Shown here piece by piece: positions 48,307 through 58,277 of a stretch of DNA of 64,000 bases. Positions within the stretch are counted from its first letter, which is position 1. Each line of letters begins with the position of its first letter. Position numbers and translations under genes: made by a program. The notes beneath the pieces are model-generated. The model saw nothing but the letters and a program-made list of their open reading frames with translations, had not been told where the DNA came from and searched no databases. The DNA comes from an uncultured Candidatus Binatia bacterium. GTDB lineage: Bacteria > Desulfobacterota > Binatia > Bin18. Location: positions 2,400,001 to 2,464,000 of the forward strand of contig OZ241744.1 in NCBI GenBank assembly GCA_965200965.1, in the 5' to 3' direction.

Positions 48307-49089
48307 GTGAGCGAACTTCCCATCTCCTGTATTGCGCCCCTGGCTTTTGTGTGTGGCGCGTGCGTTGGCAGCTTTCTGAATGTGTGCATCTACCGCGTTC
48401 CGCTTGGGCGGTCGGTGGTTGCCCCCCGGTCACAGTGTTTGCACTGCTCAGGCCAACTGGCCTGGTACGACACTCTTCCGCTCGTGAGCTATATGGTACT
48501 GGGGGGGCGGTGTCGGTCGTGTGGGGCGCGGTTTCCCTTCCGCTACGTCTTTGTGGAGGCCCTGACCGGGCTGTTGAGCGCCCTGATTGTGTATCGCTTT
48601 GGGCTGAGCCTGACCGGCCTGGGCTTTTTTGTGTTGAGCGCAGCTCTCGTGGTCGTCAGCTTCATTGACCTGGACCATCAGATCATTCCAGACGCGATCA
48701 GCCTGCCCGGCGTGCCGCTGGGCGTCATCTTTGCTGGAGTCAACCCCGCTGTCGGCTGGCAAAGCGCGCTGATTGGAGCGGCCCTCGGCGGCAGTATTTT
48801 ATTCGCCGTCGCCCTCGGCTATCAGACCTTGACCGGCAGACAGGGCATGGGCGGCGGCGATGTGAAGCTGTTGGCCATGATCGGTGCCTTCCTGGGCTGG
48901 CGAGCGGTTCCGTTTACCCTGCTGCTGGCGTCATGCCTCGGTTCGGTGGTCGGGCTTGGCATGATGATTCGTCAGCGCAGCGACACCAGGCTGACGCTGC
49001 CCTTTGGGCCGTTCCTGGCTTGTGGCGCGCTCAGTTATGTCTTTTTTGGAGAGGCGCTCGTTGCGTGGTATTTTGAGGTCCTGGGTTAG
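48307..49089 (+). CDS. pilD: Prepilin peptidase
   Basis: GSFLNVCIYR, CxxC pairs, FIDLDHQIIPD, GMGGGDVKL, PFGPFL. Confidence 0.92.
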   Translation: MSELPISCIAPLAFVCGACVGSFLNVCIYRVPLGRSVVAPRSQCLHCSGQLAWYDTLPLVSYMVLGGRCRSCGARFPFRYVFVEALTGLLSALIVYRFGLSLTGLGFFVLSAALVVVSFIDLDHQIIPDAISLPGVPLGVIFAGVNPAVGWQSALIGAALGGSILFAVALGYQTLTGRQGMGGGDVKLLAMIGAFLGWRAVPFTLLLASCLGSVVGLGMMIRQRSDTRLTLPFGPFLACGALSYVFFGEALVAWYFEVLG

Positions 49090-49140
49090 ACGGCCGGGCG
49101 GCATTCAGCTGTCATTCAATCTGTTCGCTGAGAGCTGGTC

Positions 49141-50958
49141 TTGAAAAACACTCCCTTCCCGCCCGCTTCTGCTCAGGTCCACACCGAGTATACCCGCCGC
49201 CGCCGCGCCCGGCAGACAGTCGTCAAACGTTTGACCATGTATGACCGGCGGACGGGTACGGCGCGGCTTGGGGTGTTTGTTGCGGGTGCTGGCATGGCGT
49301 GGTTCGTGTGTCACCCGGGCCTGCTGGCGTGGTGGTGGCTGATTGGGCCGGCCCTGCTGTTTGTCGGGCTGGTCGTGGTGCATGAACAGATGAGACGCCG
49401 TCTGCGTTTGGCCGAGCGGAGCGTCGCCTTCTATGACAGGGGCCTGGCCCGCCTGGAGGACCGCTGGGCGGGCAGCGGGGAAGCCGGTCTGGATTTTCTT
49501 GAGGAGGGCCATCCGTATGCGACAGACCTTGACCTGTTTGGAGCCGGGTCGGTGTTTGAGTTGTTGTGTACCGCCCGGACACGCGGCGGGGAGCGCACGC
49601 TGGCGGCCTGGTTGCAGACACCGGCAGAACCACAGGAAGTTCAGGCCCGTCAAGCCACGGTTGAGGAACTCCGGCCTCAACTCGATTTACGCGAAGAGCT
49701 GGTCCTGCACGGGGCAGAGGTGCGGGCCGGCATTGACCCGGATGTGTTGGTCAACATTGCCGGGCAGAGGGGCATTCGCCTGGCCTGCCTGTTTCAGGCG
49801 CGTGTGCTGGCCGCAACGCTGGCGGCCAGCTCAGTCGTGTGTCTGCTGGGCTGGCAGTTAGCGTATTGGGGCGGCCTGCCCTTTCTCATTGCGGCCAGCC
49901 TGGCTGGGGTATATGCGCTTGGCCTTCGGCCTCAGATCAAGCGGGCCACGGCCGGCATTGAACGTTTGCTCCACGACCTGTCGGTGCTGTCCGATATTCT
50001 CGTCTGTCTTGAAAACCAGCAATTCAGCAGCCCACGCCTGAGAACACTGCAAAACCGGCTGGCGAGCAGCACGCGTCCCCCATCCCGCCAGATTCTTCAG
50101 CTTCGCCGGCGTGTTGCTCTCCTCGAATCGCGCAAAAATCAGTTTTTTGTCCCGCTCGCGGCACTCTTGCTGTGGACCACCCAGGTGGGGCTGGCGATTG
50201 AAGCCTGGCGCAGAACTTCCGGCCAGACTATTGCGGCATGGCTGAGGGTAGTTGGCGAGTTTGAGGCCCTGTCTGCCCTGGCCAGCTATGCCTACGAGCA
50301 CCCCGCCGACCCGTTTCCAGAGATTGTTCCAACAGGGCCGTATTTTGAAGGTTTGCGGCTGGGGCATCCGCTCCTGCCCGAGACGAGCTGTGTCAGGAAC
50401 GATGTACGGCTGGGCGATCCGCTCCGGGTCCTGGTCGTGAGCGGATCGAACATGTCGGGCAAGAGCACCCTGCTCAGAACGGTCGGGACCAATACCGTGT
50501 TAGCACTGGCCGGTGCGCCTGTCCGCGCCCAGTCGCTGCGGCTGTCGCCGCTGATGCCAGGCGCAAGCCTGCGCATTCAGGACTCATTACAGGCCGGCAG
50601 CTCGCGTTTCTATGCCGAAATCACGCGGCTGAGTCAGATCATGGCTCTCACCCGGGCCGACGTTCCGGTCCTGTTTCTGCTGGACGAGCTGTTACACGGC
50701 ACCAACTCCCACGACCGCCGCCGCGGGGCCGAAGCCCTGGTCCGCGGCCTGCTCGAACGCAACGCGGTCGGCCTGGTGACCACCCACGATCTGGCCCTGA
50801 CCAATGTAGCCACAGCCCTGGCTCCCCGGGCCGCCACAGTCTGTTTTGAAGATTTTTTTGAGGATGGCCGGCTGCATTTTGACTATCGGATGCGCCCGGG
50901 TGTTGTTGCTAAGAGCAACGCGCTGGCGCTGATGCGTTCGGTCGGTCTGGAGGTCTGA
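49141..50958 (+). CDS. Membrane-anchored MutS-domain-V ATPase
   Basis: TM segments; SGSNMSGKST, S.FYAE, LDELLHGTNS, TTHD. Confidence 0.88.
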   Translation: MKNTPFPPASAQVHTEYTRRRRARQTVVKRLTMYDRRTGTARLGVFVAGAGMAWFVCHPGLLAWWWLIGPALLFVGLVVVHEQMRRRLRLAERSVAFYDRGLARLEDRWAGSGEAGLDFLEEGHPYATDLDLFGAGSVFELLCTARTRGGERTLAAWLQTPAEPQEVQARQATVEELRPQLDLREELVLHGAEVRAGIDPDVLVNIAGQRGIRLACLFQARVLAATLAASSVVCLLGWQLAYWGGLPFLIAASLAGVYALGLRPQIKRATAGIERLLHDLSVLSDILVCLENQQFSSPRLRTLQNRLASSTRPPSRQILQLRRRVALLESRKNQFFVPLAALLLWTTQVGLAIEAWRRTSGQTIAAWLRVVGEFEALSALASYAYEHPADPFPEIVPTGPYFEGLRLGHPLLPETSCVRNDVRLGDPLRVLVVSGSNMSGKSTLLRTVGTNTVLALAGAPVRAQSLRLSPLMPGASLRIQDSLQAGSSRFYAEITRLSQIMALTRADVPVLFLLDELLHGTNSHDRRRGAEALVRGLLERNAVGLVTTHDLALTNVATALAPRAATVCFEDFFEDGRLHFDYRMRPGVVAKSNALALMRSVGLEV

Positions 50959-51024
50959 GCGCCGCTGGCGAGCAGGTCCGATTTTCGCTATGCTCCACCA
51001 TGCGGATACGCAGTGAGGAGGGCG

Positions 51025-51681
51025 ATGGCTGGATTTTTTCTCACCTTTGAGGGCGGTGAGGGCGGTGGCAAGACAACCCAGGCCTCTCTCTTGGCCGAGG
51101 CGCTGCGGGAGCGGGGCCACACGGTCCTTGTCACCCATGAGCCCGGTGGCTCTGCGGTCGGAAAAGTCCTGCGCCGGCTGGTATTAGAACCCGACGGGCT
51201 GCGGCTGGCCGCGGAGGCGGAAGTGCTGCTGCTGCTGGCCGATCGGGCACAGCACATCCATGAAGTCATCCTGCCCGGACTGTGTACCAACACGGTCGTC
51301 ATCTCCGATCGGTTTGTGGATTCCACCCTCGCCTACCAGGGTTATGGACGAGGCATTCCGCTCGATTTGCTGAGCCGCTTGAACAGCTTTGTGTGTCGCG
51401 CCTGTATGCCGGCCCTGACTTTTCTTCTCGATGTATCGGTGACAGTCGGTCTTCAGCGGGCAAGCCAATACCGGGAAACGGCCCAGGCAGACATCTTTGA
51501 AGCCCAGACGCCAGATTTCCACCACCGTGTCCGGGCCGGCTTTCTGGCCGTGGCCCGGGAACATCCCCAGCGGGTGTGTGTGATCGACGCCGACCGGTCG
51601 GTGGACTGTATTCATCACCAGATTGTGCCGATTGTGCTGGAGCGGATGGGGCAAGCGGCACACATCACCCGGCAGACTTGA
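51025..51681 (+). CDS. tmk: Thymidylate kinase
   Basis: FEGGEGGGKTT, EPGG, DRFVDSTLAYQG. Confidence 0.95.
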   Translation: MAGFFLTFEGGEGGGKTTQASLLAEALRERGHTVLVTHEPGGSAVGKVLRRLVLEPDGLRLAAEAEVLLLLADRAQHIHEVILPGLCTNTVVISDRFVDSTLAYQGYGRGIPLDLLSRLNSFVCRACMPALTFLLDVSVTVGLQRASQYRETAQADIFEAQTPDFHHRVRAGFLAVAREHPQRVCVIDADRSVDCIHHQIVPIVLERMGQAAHITRQT

Positions 51682-51732
51682 CAGCCGGAGATTCCCCTTT
51701 ACGTTTGACCTTGCAGTCCTTACCCTGCCTGC

Positions 51733-52770
51733 ATGTCCTTTGCCGCGATTCAAGGCCAGTCCGCCGCGTTGAGCACGCTCCGCAACGCCCTGGCCACCGA
51801 CCGCCTGGCCCATGCCTATCTCTTTGTGGGGCCGTCCGGGGTGGGCAAAAAGCGGACGGCCCTGGCGCTGGCCCAGAGCCTGCTGTGTACCGAGCAGGCC
51901 GGGGCTGGCTGTGAACGCTGCGCGGCGTGCAGGACGGTCGCCAAGGGCGCTCATCCCGACCTCAGCCTGGTCAGGCCACAGGCCGGCAAAACAACGCTGG
52001 TCATCGATCAGGTCCGCGACCTCCAGCGCTTTCTGGGGTTTCAGTCAGCGCGTGGCAATCGCAAAATCGGGCTAGTCGAAGAGGCCCAGGCACTGACGCC
52101 CCAGGCTCAGAGCGGCCTGCTCAAAATCGTCGAAGAACCGCCCGGCAACGCGCTGCTGATCCTGCTGTCGGTCGGTGCCGCCAGCCTGTCACGACCGCTG
52201 CTGTCCCGCTGCCAGCAGGTGCGGTTTGCCGCCCTGCCGCTCACCACGGTCGAGGCAATCCTGGTCCAGGAGCACGACACACCGCCGGCCGAAGCGCGTG
52301 CGATGGCCCTCTACAGTCGGGGCAGTATCGGCCGGGCCGTATCGCTCAACGCCAAGGTCTTCACCGAAGAGCGTCAATACCTGATTGAAGAGTTGACCCG
52401 GCTCGAGCGCGCCCCGTTTGGCCAAGTGTCGGCCCTGGCCGAATGGCTGGTGGCCAATCGCAGCAAGAAATCCCGGACCAAGACAGACCGGGCGGATCGG
52501 GAGGCCGGTGGGGATCGTCTGGAGTTAGCCCTGAGTTGGTACGAAGAACTCCTGCGCTATGTGTTGCTGGGTCAAGACGGGGTGGTACGCTATGCAGACT
52601 GTCTGCCCACACTCACCCAAACGGCTCAAGGCTTGAGCGTGGAAGAGGCCCTGCGACAACTCAGCCTGGTCTATGATACGATAGGAGCACTGGACCGCAA
52701 CGCCAACGCACGGCTTGCGGTTGAAGACATGCTGCTCCAGCTTGCCGCCCGGGAGAATGGCCAAGGCTGA
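51733..52770 (+). CDS. holB: DNA polymerase III delta' subunit
   Basis: [31 protein letters not shown]; follows tmk. Confidence 0.92.
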   Translation: MSFAAIQGQSAALSTLRNALATDRLAHAYLFVGPSGVGKKRTALALAQSLLCTEQAGAGCERCAACRTVAKGAHPDLSLVRPQAGKTTLVIDQVRDLQRFLGFQSARGNRKIGLVEEAQALTPQAQSGLLKIVEEPPGNALLILLSVGAASLSRPLLSRCQQVRFAALPLTTVEAILVQEHDTPPAEARAMALYSRGSIGRAVSLNAKVFTEERQYLIEELTRLERAPFGQVSALAEWLVANRSKKSRTKTDRADREAGGDRLELALSWYEELLRYVLLGQDGVVRYADCLPTLTQTAQGLSVEEALRQLSLVYDTIGALDRNANARLAVEDMLLQLAARENGQG

Positions 52771-52819
52771 TGCCCAAGCGAATACGAAGAGATCACCACT
52801 CGCCTGTGAGGAGAAAGAC

Positions 52820-54583
52820 ATGAGCCAGTCGCGGAACATCCTCGTTGGCGTTGCCTGGCCGTATGCCAACGGCGAGCAACACATCGGTCATATTGCCGGC
52901 GCGTATCTGCCGCCGGATATCTTTTCGCGCTACCAGCGCATGATCGGCAATGCGGTCTTGATGGTGAGTGGTTCAGATACGCACGGAACGCCGGTCAGCG
53001 TGCGGGCCGAGGCGGAGGGCAACAGCCCGGCCACGGTGGTTGAGCGCTTTCATGCCGGTTTTGTAGAGAGCTATCAGAAGCTGGGGCTGACCTTTGATCT
53101 GTTTACCCATACCGACACCCAGAACCACTGGGATGTGACGCAGCAGATGTTTCGCCAGCACCGGGACAAGCACTATATCTACACCGATACCCAGCAGCAG
53201 TTGTACGACCCCGAGGCCAGGCGTTTTTTACCCGACCGGTATGTTGAGGGCCGGTGTCCGTTTTGCGACAGCTCTGAGGCTCGGGGGGACCAGTGCGACG
53301 CCTGTGGCCGGACCTACGAGGCCGTTGAGCTGAAACAGCCGCGCTCGCGGCTCACCGGCAATACCCGTCTTGAGGTTCGCCAGACCGAACACTTTTTCCT
53401 GGACCTTGGCAAGCTCCAGCCCGCGCTCCGCAACTGGTTGCAGCAGGGCAAAGAGCACTGGCGGCCAAACGTCATCCGGTTTTCCCGCACCCAGGTTGAA
53501 CAAGAGGTGTTGCGCGGCCGTCCCATCACGCGTGATCTGGAGTGGGGGATTACGATTCCGCTCAAGGGCTATGGGGATAAGCGCATCTATGTCTGGTATG
53601 ACGCGGTGATTGGCTATTTCAGCGCCGCTATTGAGTGGGCCACGCTGAATCACACCCCCGACAAATGGCGCGAGTGGTGGGACCCGACGGTGAACACCGA
53701 CGCCCGGGCTTACTATTTTATCGGCAAAGACAATATTCCCTTCCACGCCATGATGTGGCCGGCGATGCTTATTGGCTACGGCGGGCTGCACCTGCCCTAC
53801 GATGTGCCGGCCAACGAATACCTCAACATGTACGGCCGCAAGTTCAGCAAGAGCCGCGGCCATGTCATCAGCATCCACCGCGCCCTGGAACGCTACCAGG
53901 CCGATGCCTGGCGCTACGCTTTGACCGCCATAGCACCGGAGGGCAGCGACGTTGACTTTACCTGGGATGACTTTGTGGAACGGGTCAACAATGAGCTGGT
54001 CGCCAACTGGGGCAATCTGGTCAACCGGGTGCTGGGCTTTGCCCACTCGCGCTTCCAGGGGCTTGTGCCTGAGCCTGGCCGGCTGGACGACGCCGACCGG
54101 GCCATTCTGGCTGAAATCACGGCCGGGTTTCAGAGCGTTGGCGATTTGTACGCGGCGGTCAAGCTCAAAATGGCGCTGGGCGAAGTACGCCGGCTCAGCC
54201 AGCAGGCCAACCTGTATTTTCACGACAAAGCCCCGTGGAAAACCATCAAGACCGACCCCCGGCGAACGGCCACAACGGTCTATGTGGCCCTCCAGCTCAT
54301 TGACTGCTTGAAGCTGCTGTGGGCACCTATTCTCCCCCATACCAGTCAACAGCTCCATGCCCTGCTCGGCTATGAAGGGCAGTTGTTTGGCCGCCAGTAT
54401 ACCGAAACGGTCAAGGACGGGCGGGGCTCGCACCTGGTCCTGCGCTACGACCACCGCGGCGCGACCGGCGTGTGGCAGCCGACGACCCTGCCGCCGCAGC
54501 AAGCCCTGCGGAAACCCTCCCCGCTGTTCATCAAGCTTGACGAGGATGTGCCGGAGAAGGAACTCCAGGGCCAGGCCGAGTGA
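52820..54583 (+). CDS. metG: Methionyl-tRNA synthetase (no C-terminal tRNA-binding domain)
   Basis: [29 protein letters not shown]. Confidence 0.96.
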   Translation: MSQSRNILVGVAWPYANGEQHIGHIAGAYLPPDIFSRYQRMIGNAVLMVSGSDTHGTPVSVRAEAEGNSPATVVERFHAGFVESYQKLGLTFDLFTHTDTQNHWDVTQQMFRQHRDKHYIYTDTQQQLYDPEARRFLPDRYVEGRCPFCDSSEARGDQCDACGRTYEAVELKQPRSRLTGNTRLEVRQTEHFFLDLGKLQPALRNWLQQGKEHWRPNVIRFSRTQVEQEVLRGRPITRDLEWGITIPLKGYGDKRIYVWYDAVIGYFSAAIEWATLNHTPDKWREWWDPTVNTDARAYYFIGKDNIPFHAMMWPAMLIGYGGLHLPYDVPANEYLNMYGRKFSKSRGHVISIHRALERYQADAWRYALTAIAPEGSDVDFTWDDFVERVNNELVANWGNLVNRVLGFAHSRFQGLVPEPGRLDDADRAILAEITAGFQSVGDLYAAVKLKMALGEVRRLSQQANLYFHDKAPWKTIKTDPRRTATTVYVALQLIDCLKLLWAPILPHTSQQLHALLGYEGQLFGRQYTETVKDGRGSHLVLRYDHRGATGVWQPTTLPPQQALRKPSPLFIKLDEDVPEKELQGQAE

Positions 54584-55365
54584 CCGCTATGCTGATCGAC
54601 TCGCACTGCCATCTGACCGACGAACAGTTCGATCCCGACCGGCCGGCGCTGCTTGACCGGGCCCGGGCGGCCGGGGTGTCGGGTTTTGTTGTGATCGGCG
54701 CAAGCAGGGCCTTTGTGCATAACGAAAAAGCCCTGGCTCTGGCCCGGCAACAGGTCGATGTCTTTGCCGTGCTCGGCGTCCATCCCCACGAGGCCACCAC
54801 CATCACCCCAGAGACCTATCGCCGTTTGCGCACCCTGGCCCGGCAGCCGGAAGTCGTTGGGCTGGGCGAGACCGGGCTGGATTTTTACTACCAGCACTCC
54901 CCCCGCGCGGACCAGCGCCGGCACTTTCGGGCGTTTATCCGTTTAGCCCAGGAGCTTGACCTGCCCCTGTCCATGCACATCCGTGACGCCTACGACGAAG
55001 CCGCCCGGCTGCTGCGGGAAGAGGGCGACGGGCGGCTGCGCGGGGTGATGCACTGCTTTACCGGCACTGCCCAAGAAGCCCGCAGCCTGCTTGAGCTGGG
55101 GCTGTATCTTTCGTTCAGCGGTATTGTCACGTTTAAGAGCGCCGGGGCGCTGCGCGAGGTTGTCCGCCAAGTGCCGCTCAATCGAATGCTGGTGGAAACA
55201 GACTGCCCGTTTTTAGCTCCCGTTCCGTTCCGTGGCAAACGGAATGAGCCGGCCCGTGTCGTCCGGGTGGCGCAAACGCTGGCCCGGGTGAAAGACAGGC
55301 CACTCAACGCGATCGCCGAGGCAACGGCCAGGAATACCCGGAGCCTGTTCCGGCTCCCGGTCTAG
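54580..55365 (+). CDS. tatD: TatD-family DNase
   Basis: DSHCH, GVHPH, GETGLD, H.R, HCF, ETDCP. Confidence 0.92.
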   Translation: MTAMLIDSHCHLTDEQFDPDRPALLDRARAAGVSGFVVIGASRAFVHNEKALALARQQVDVFAVLGVHPHEATTITPETYRRLRTLARQPEVVGLGETGLDFYYQHSPRADQRRHFRAFIRLAQELDLPLSMHIRDAYDEAARLLREEGDGRLRGVMHCFTGTAQEARSLLELGLYLSFSGIVTFKSAGALREVVRQVPLNRMLVETDCPFLAPVPFRGKRNEPARVVRVAQTLARVKDRPLNAIAEATARNTRSLFRLPV

Positions 55366-55826
55366 GCCGGCAGGTGGCGCTCCCGCGTGGTCTGGCGGCC
55401 TTCACGACACTCCTGACAGATGCCGTAGATCTCCATCTTGTGGCTGGTGGCCACAAAACCGAAGCGATGCGCCATCTGCTCCTGGAGGGCCTCAATGTCC
55501 GGGTCCATGAACTCAATAATACGACCGCAGCGCTCGCAGATCAGATGATCGTGGTGGCGCTCTGCCTCAACTTTCTCGAAGCGCGCCTGCCCGTCGGCAA
55601 AATGACGCTCCGCGGCAAGGCCACACTCCTTGAGCAGTTTAAGGGTCCGGTAGACGGTGGCGTAGCCCACCCGGGGGTTGATATGGCGGACTTCGTTACA
55701 CAACTCTTCCACGCTGATATGGCGGTTGGACTCAAAGAAGACCTGGGCAATATCGTCGCGCTGGGCGGTCGTCTTCAGGCCCTGCTCCTTGATCCACAGG
55801 TGAAAGGTTTCAAGTCGATCGCTCAC
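55362..55826 (-). CDS. fur: Fur-family regulator
   Basis: T.QR, ATVYRTL, HHDHLIC..CG, G.C..C. Confidence 0.9.
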   Translation of the reverse strand: MSDRLETFHLWIKEQGLKTTAQRDDIAQVFFESNRHISVEELCNEVRHINPRVGYATVYRTLKLLKECGLAAERHFADGQARFEKVEAERHHDHLICERCGRIIEFMDPDIEALQEQMAHRFGFVATSHKMEIYGICQECREGRQTTRERHLPA

Positions 55827-56110
55827 AGCCCGACTCCTCCGGGAAGGATGCGGCGCAGGAGCGGGGAGAGGCTGTCGGTTTTGATGCCCCGCCCGCACAG
55901 TTCATCAAGCAGCAACTCAAGCCTCTCGGCCGGCGGCATATTTCTGTCGAGGAACACCGTATCTTTCCCGTACACCCGACAGCCGCCACTTCGCACTCGA
56001 TAGCCGGCCCCACAGAGCAGCTTTTCCTCGCGGACCCGAATCCCCTGCTGTTCGGCCAGCGTCTTGAGTTCTTGCAGCAGGACGGCAGCCTGTGCCCGTT
56101 TGCGCACCAT
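55823..56110 (-). CDS. Conserved hypothetical protein
   Basis: GIRVREEKL..RSGGCRV.G pattern; overlaps the fur start. Confidence 0.7.
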   Translation of the reverse strand: MVRKRAQAAVLLQELKTLAEQQGIRVREEKLLCGAGYRVRSGGCRVYGKDTVFLDRNMPPAERLELLLDELCGRGIKTDSLSPLLRRILPGGVGL

Positions 56111-56234
56111 GCCGCCATTGTGACCAAGCTATCCGGTCTTGTAAAGCGTGGCCCATAGGCTGGAGGCCGCTTCTCTTGCCAGATTGGGCCAGCGCCGATA
56201 GTATGGGCCGATATTATGATCGGGGGAGGAGAGG

Positions 56235-57233
56235 ATGCGGCTTCCACTGCACATCGCCACAGACATGATCAAATGGCAGTTCAAAAACAAGCTGCGGGGC
56301 AGACAGCGCTACCCGGTCGTCCTGATGCTGGAACCACTCTACGCCTGCAACCTGGCCTGCGTCGGCTGTAGCCCGGAACGCCACCTGGGTGATCTGAAAG
56401 ATCGGCTGAGCCTGGAACAGAGTCTGCAAGCGGTTGACGAGGCCGGCGCTCCGGTCATCTCGATCTGTGGTGGCGAGCCGACCATCTATCCTGAGTTGCC
56501 GGAACTGGTGACCGGCAGTATCAGACGCAAACGGCACGTCTACCTGTGTACCAACGGCCTGTTGCTGGACCGCTTCTACGCCAAGAGCGTCCCCCACAAA
56601 CGGCTGACCATCAATGTCCACCTTGACGGACTGCGCGAAACGCACGACTCCGTGTGCGCCCGGCAGGGCGTTTTTGACCAGGCCATCGCCATGATCAAGC
56701 GCGGCAAGCAACTCGGCTACTCGGTGTATACCAACACAACCATCTTCCGCAAAACCAGCATGGACGAGATTGAGCAGATGTGCGAGCTAGTGACCGGGCT
56801 GGGCGTTGACGGCCTGATGATCTCGCCCGGCTACCACTATGAGAAGGTCGCCCAAGACTATTTTCTGTACCGCGATGATATCCACCGCAAATTCGAGACT
56901 GTCCTGGAGTTGTCCAAACGCTATCCCATTTCCCTCACCCCGCTGTTCCTGGAGTTTGCGGCCGGCAAACGTGACTATCCGTGTACGCCGTGGGGCAACG
57001 TCACCCGCACGCCGTTTGGCTGGAAAGACCCGTGTTATCTGATTGGCAAACGCTACTTCCAGACCTGGGACGAGTTCTGGAACGGGGTGGACTGGGACTA
57101 TTGGGAGAAGCGCGAGGACGCCCTGTGCCAGAACTGCTTTATGCACTCCGGCTTTGAAGCCTCGGTGGTCCGCAAGCTGCCCGAAAGCCCCAGAGATATG
57201 CTGACTATTGCCAAGTGGATGGTGTCGGCATGA
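56235..57233 (+). CDS. hpnH: HpnH-like radical SAM (adenosylhopane synthase family)
   Basis: LMLEPLYACNLACVGC, CTPWGN.TR..FGW..PCY, C.NC.MHSGFE. Confidence 0.8.
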   Translation: MRLPLHIATDMIKWQFKNKLRGRQRYPVVLMLEPLYACNLACVGCSPERHLGDLKDRLSLEQSLQAVDEAGAPVISICGGEPTIYPELPELVTGSIRRKRHVYLCTNGLLLDRFYAKSVPHKRLTINVHLDGLRETHDSVCARQGVFDQAIAMIKRGKQLGYSVYTNTTIFRKTSMDEIEQMCELVTGLGVDGLMISPGYHYEKVAQDYFLYRDDIHRKFETVLELSKRYPISLTPLFLEFAAGKRDYPCTPWGNVTRTPFGWKDPCYLIGKRYFQTWDEFWNGVDWDYWEKREDALCQNCFMHSGFEASVVRKLPESPRDMLTIAKWMVSA

Positions 57234-58261
57234 AAGTCGCCCGACTGTATACGTCGTCTGATATCCGCTTTGAGGAGGAGCCTGTCCCCAGCCTTGGGCC
57301 GGGCCAGGCCCTGGTCAAAACCCGGGCCTGCGGCATCTGCTCGGGCGACGTGATGGCGTGGTATATTGAAAAAAAAGCCCCGGTGGTGTTTGGCCACGAG
57401 CCAGCCGGAGAAATTGTCGAGGTCGGGCCGGATGTGTCAGATTTTCAGCCCGGCGACCGGGTCTTTATTCATCACCACGCCCCCTGCTTTGGCTGTCGGG
57501 CCTGCCGGCGGGGCGACTTTGTGCAGTGCCCGACCTGGCGCGCCTCGCGTATTATTCCCGGCGGTATGGCCGAGTATTTCCTGGTTCCCAGAGAGAACCT
57601 GTCGGGTGACTGCCTGCGCCTTCCTGCCGACATGTCGTTTGCCGACGGCTCCCTGATTGAACCGACGGCGTGTGCGGTAAAAGCCCTGCGTCGCGCCCGG
57701 CTCCAGGCCGGAGACCGTGTGTGTGTGATCGGCCTTGGCATCATGGGTCAACTCAATGTCGCCCTGGCCCGGCACGCGGGCGCGGGCGCGATCATGGGCA
57801 CCGACTTTGTTGCCTACCGTCGGCACAAAGCCCTTGAACTTGGGGCGGACGCGGCGTTTGACCCTGCCGACGGCCCGGTCGAAGAGGCGATTCGAGACCA
57901 TACCAAAGGCGGGATGGCTGAACTCGTCATCGTTGGACCAGGGACAATCGAGGCCATGCAGCTCGGTATCCGCTGCGCGGCCAGGGGTGGGACCGTACTG
58001 CTCTTCACCACCAGCCGTCCCGATGCCAGGCTACCGATTGCGCCGCACGAGTTGTATTTCAACGAAATCAGTCTCATCCCCAGCTATTCGTGTGGACCGA
58101 ACGATACCCGCCAAGCCTTGGAGCATGTCCGCACCGGCGTTATTCCGTCTGATCGCCTCATCACCCACCGATTCCCCTTTGCCGCGATCCATAACGCCTA
58201 TCACAACGCGGCCGCGGCCCGGGATTCGCTGAAAACGATTATCGAGTTCCCACCTGGCTGA
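57230..58261 (+). CDS. Zn-dependent alcohol dehydrogenase
   Basis: CGICSGD, GHE, C..C..C......C, G.G..G. Confidence 0.9.
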   Translation: MKVARLYTSSDIRFEEEPVPSLGPGQALVKTRACGICSGDVMAWYIEKKAPVVFGHEPAGEIVEVGPDVSDFQPGDRVFIHHHAPCFGCRACRRGDFVQCPTWRASRIIPGGMAEYFLVPRENLSGDCLRLPADMSFADGSLIEPTACAVKALRRARLQAGDRVCVIGLGIMGQLNVALARHAGAGAIMGTDFVAYRRHKALELGADAAFDPADGPVEEAIRDHTKGGMAELVIVGPGTIEAMQLGIRCAARGGTVLLFTTSRPDARLPIAPHELYFNEISLIPSYSCGPNDTRQALEHVRTGVIPSDRLITHRFPFAAIHNAYHNAAAARDSLKTIIEFPPG

Positions 58262-58277
58262 AAAGAGTGGGGGAGGC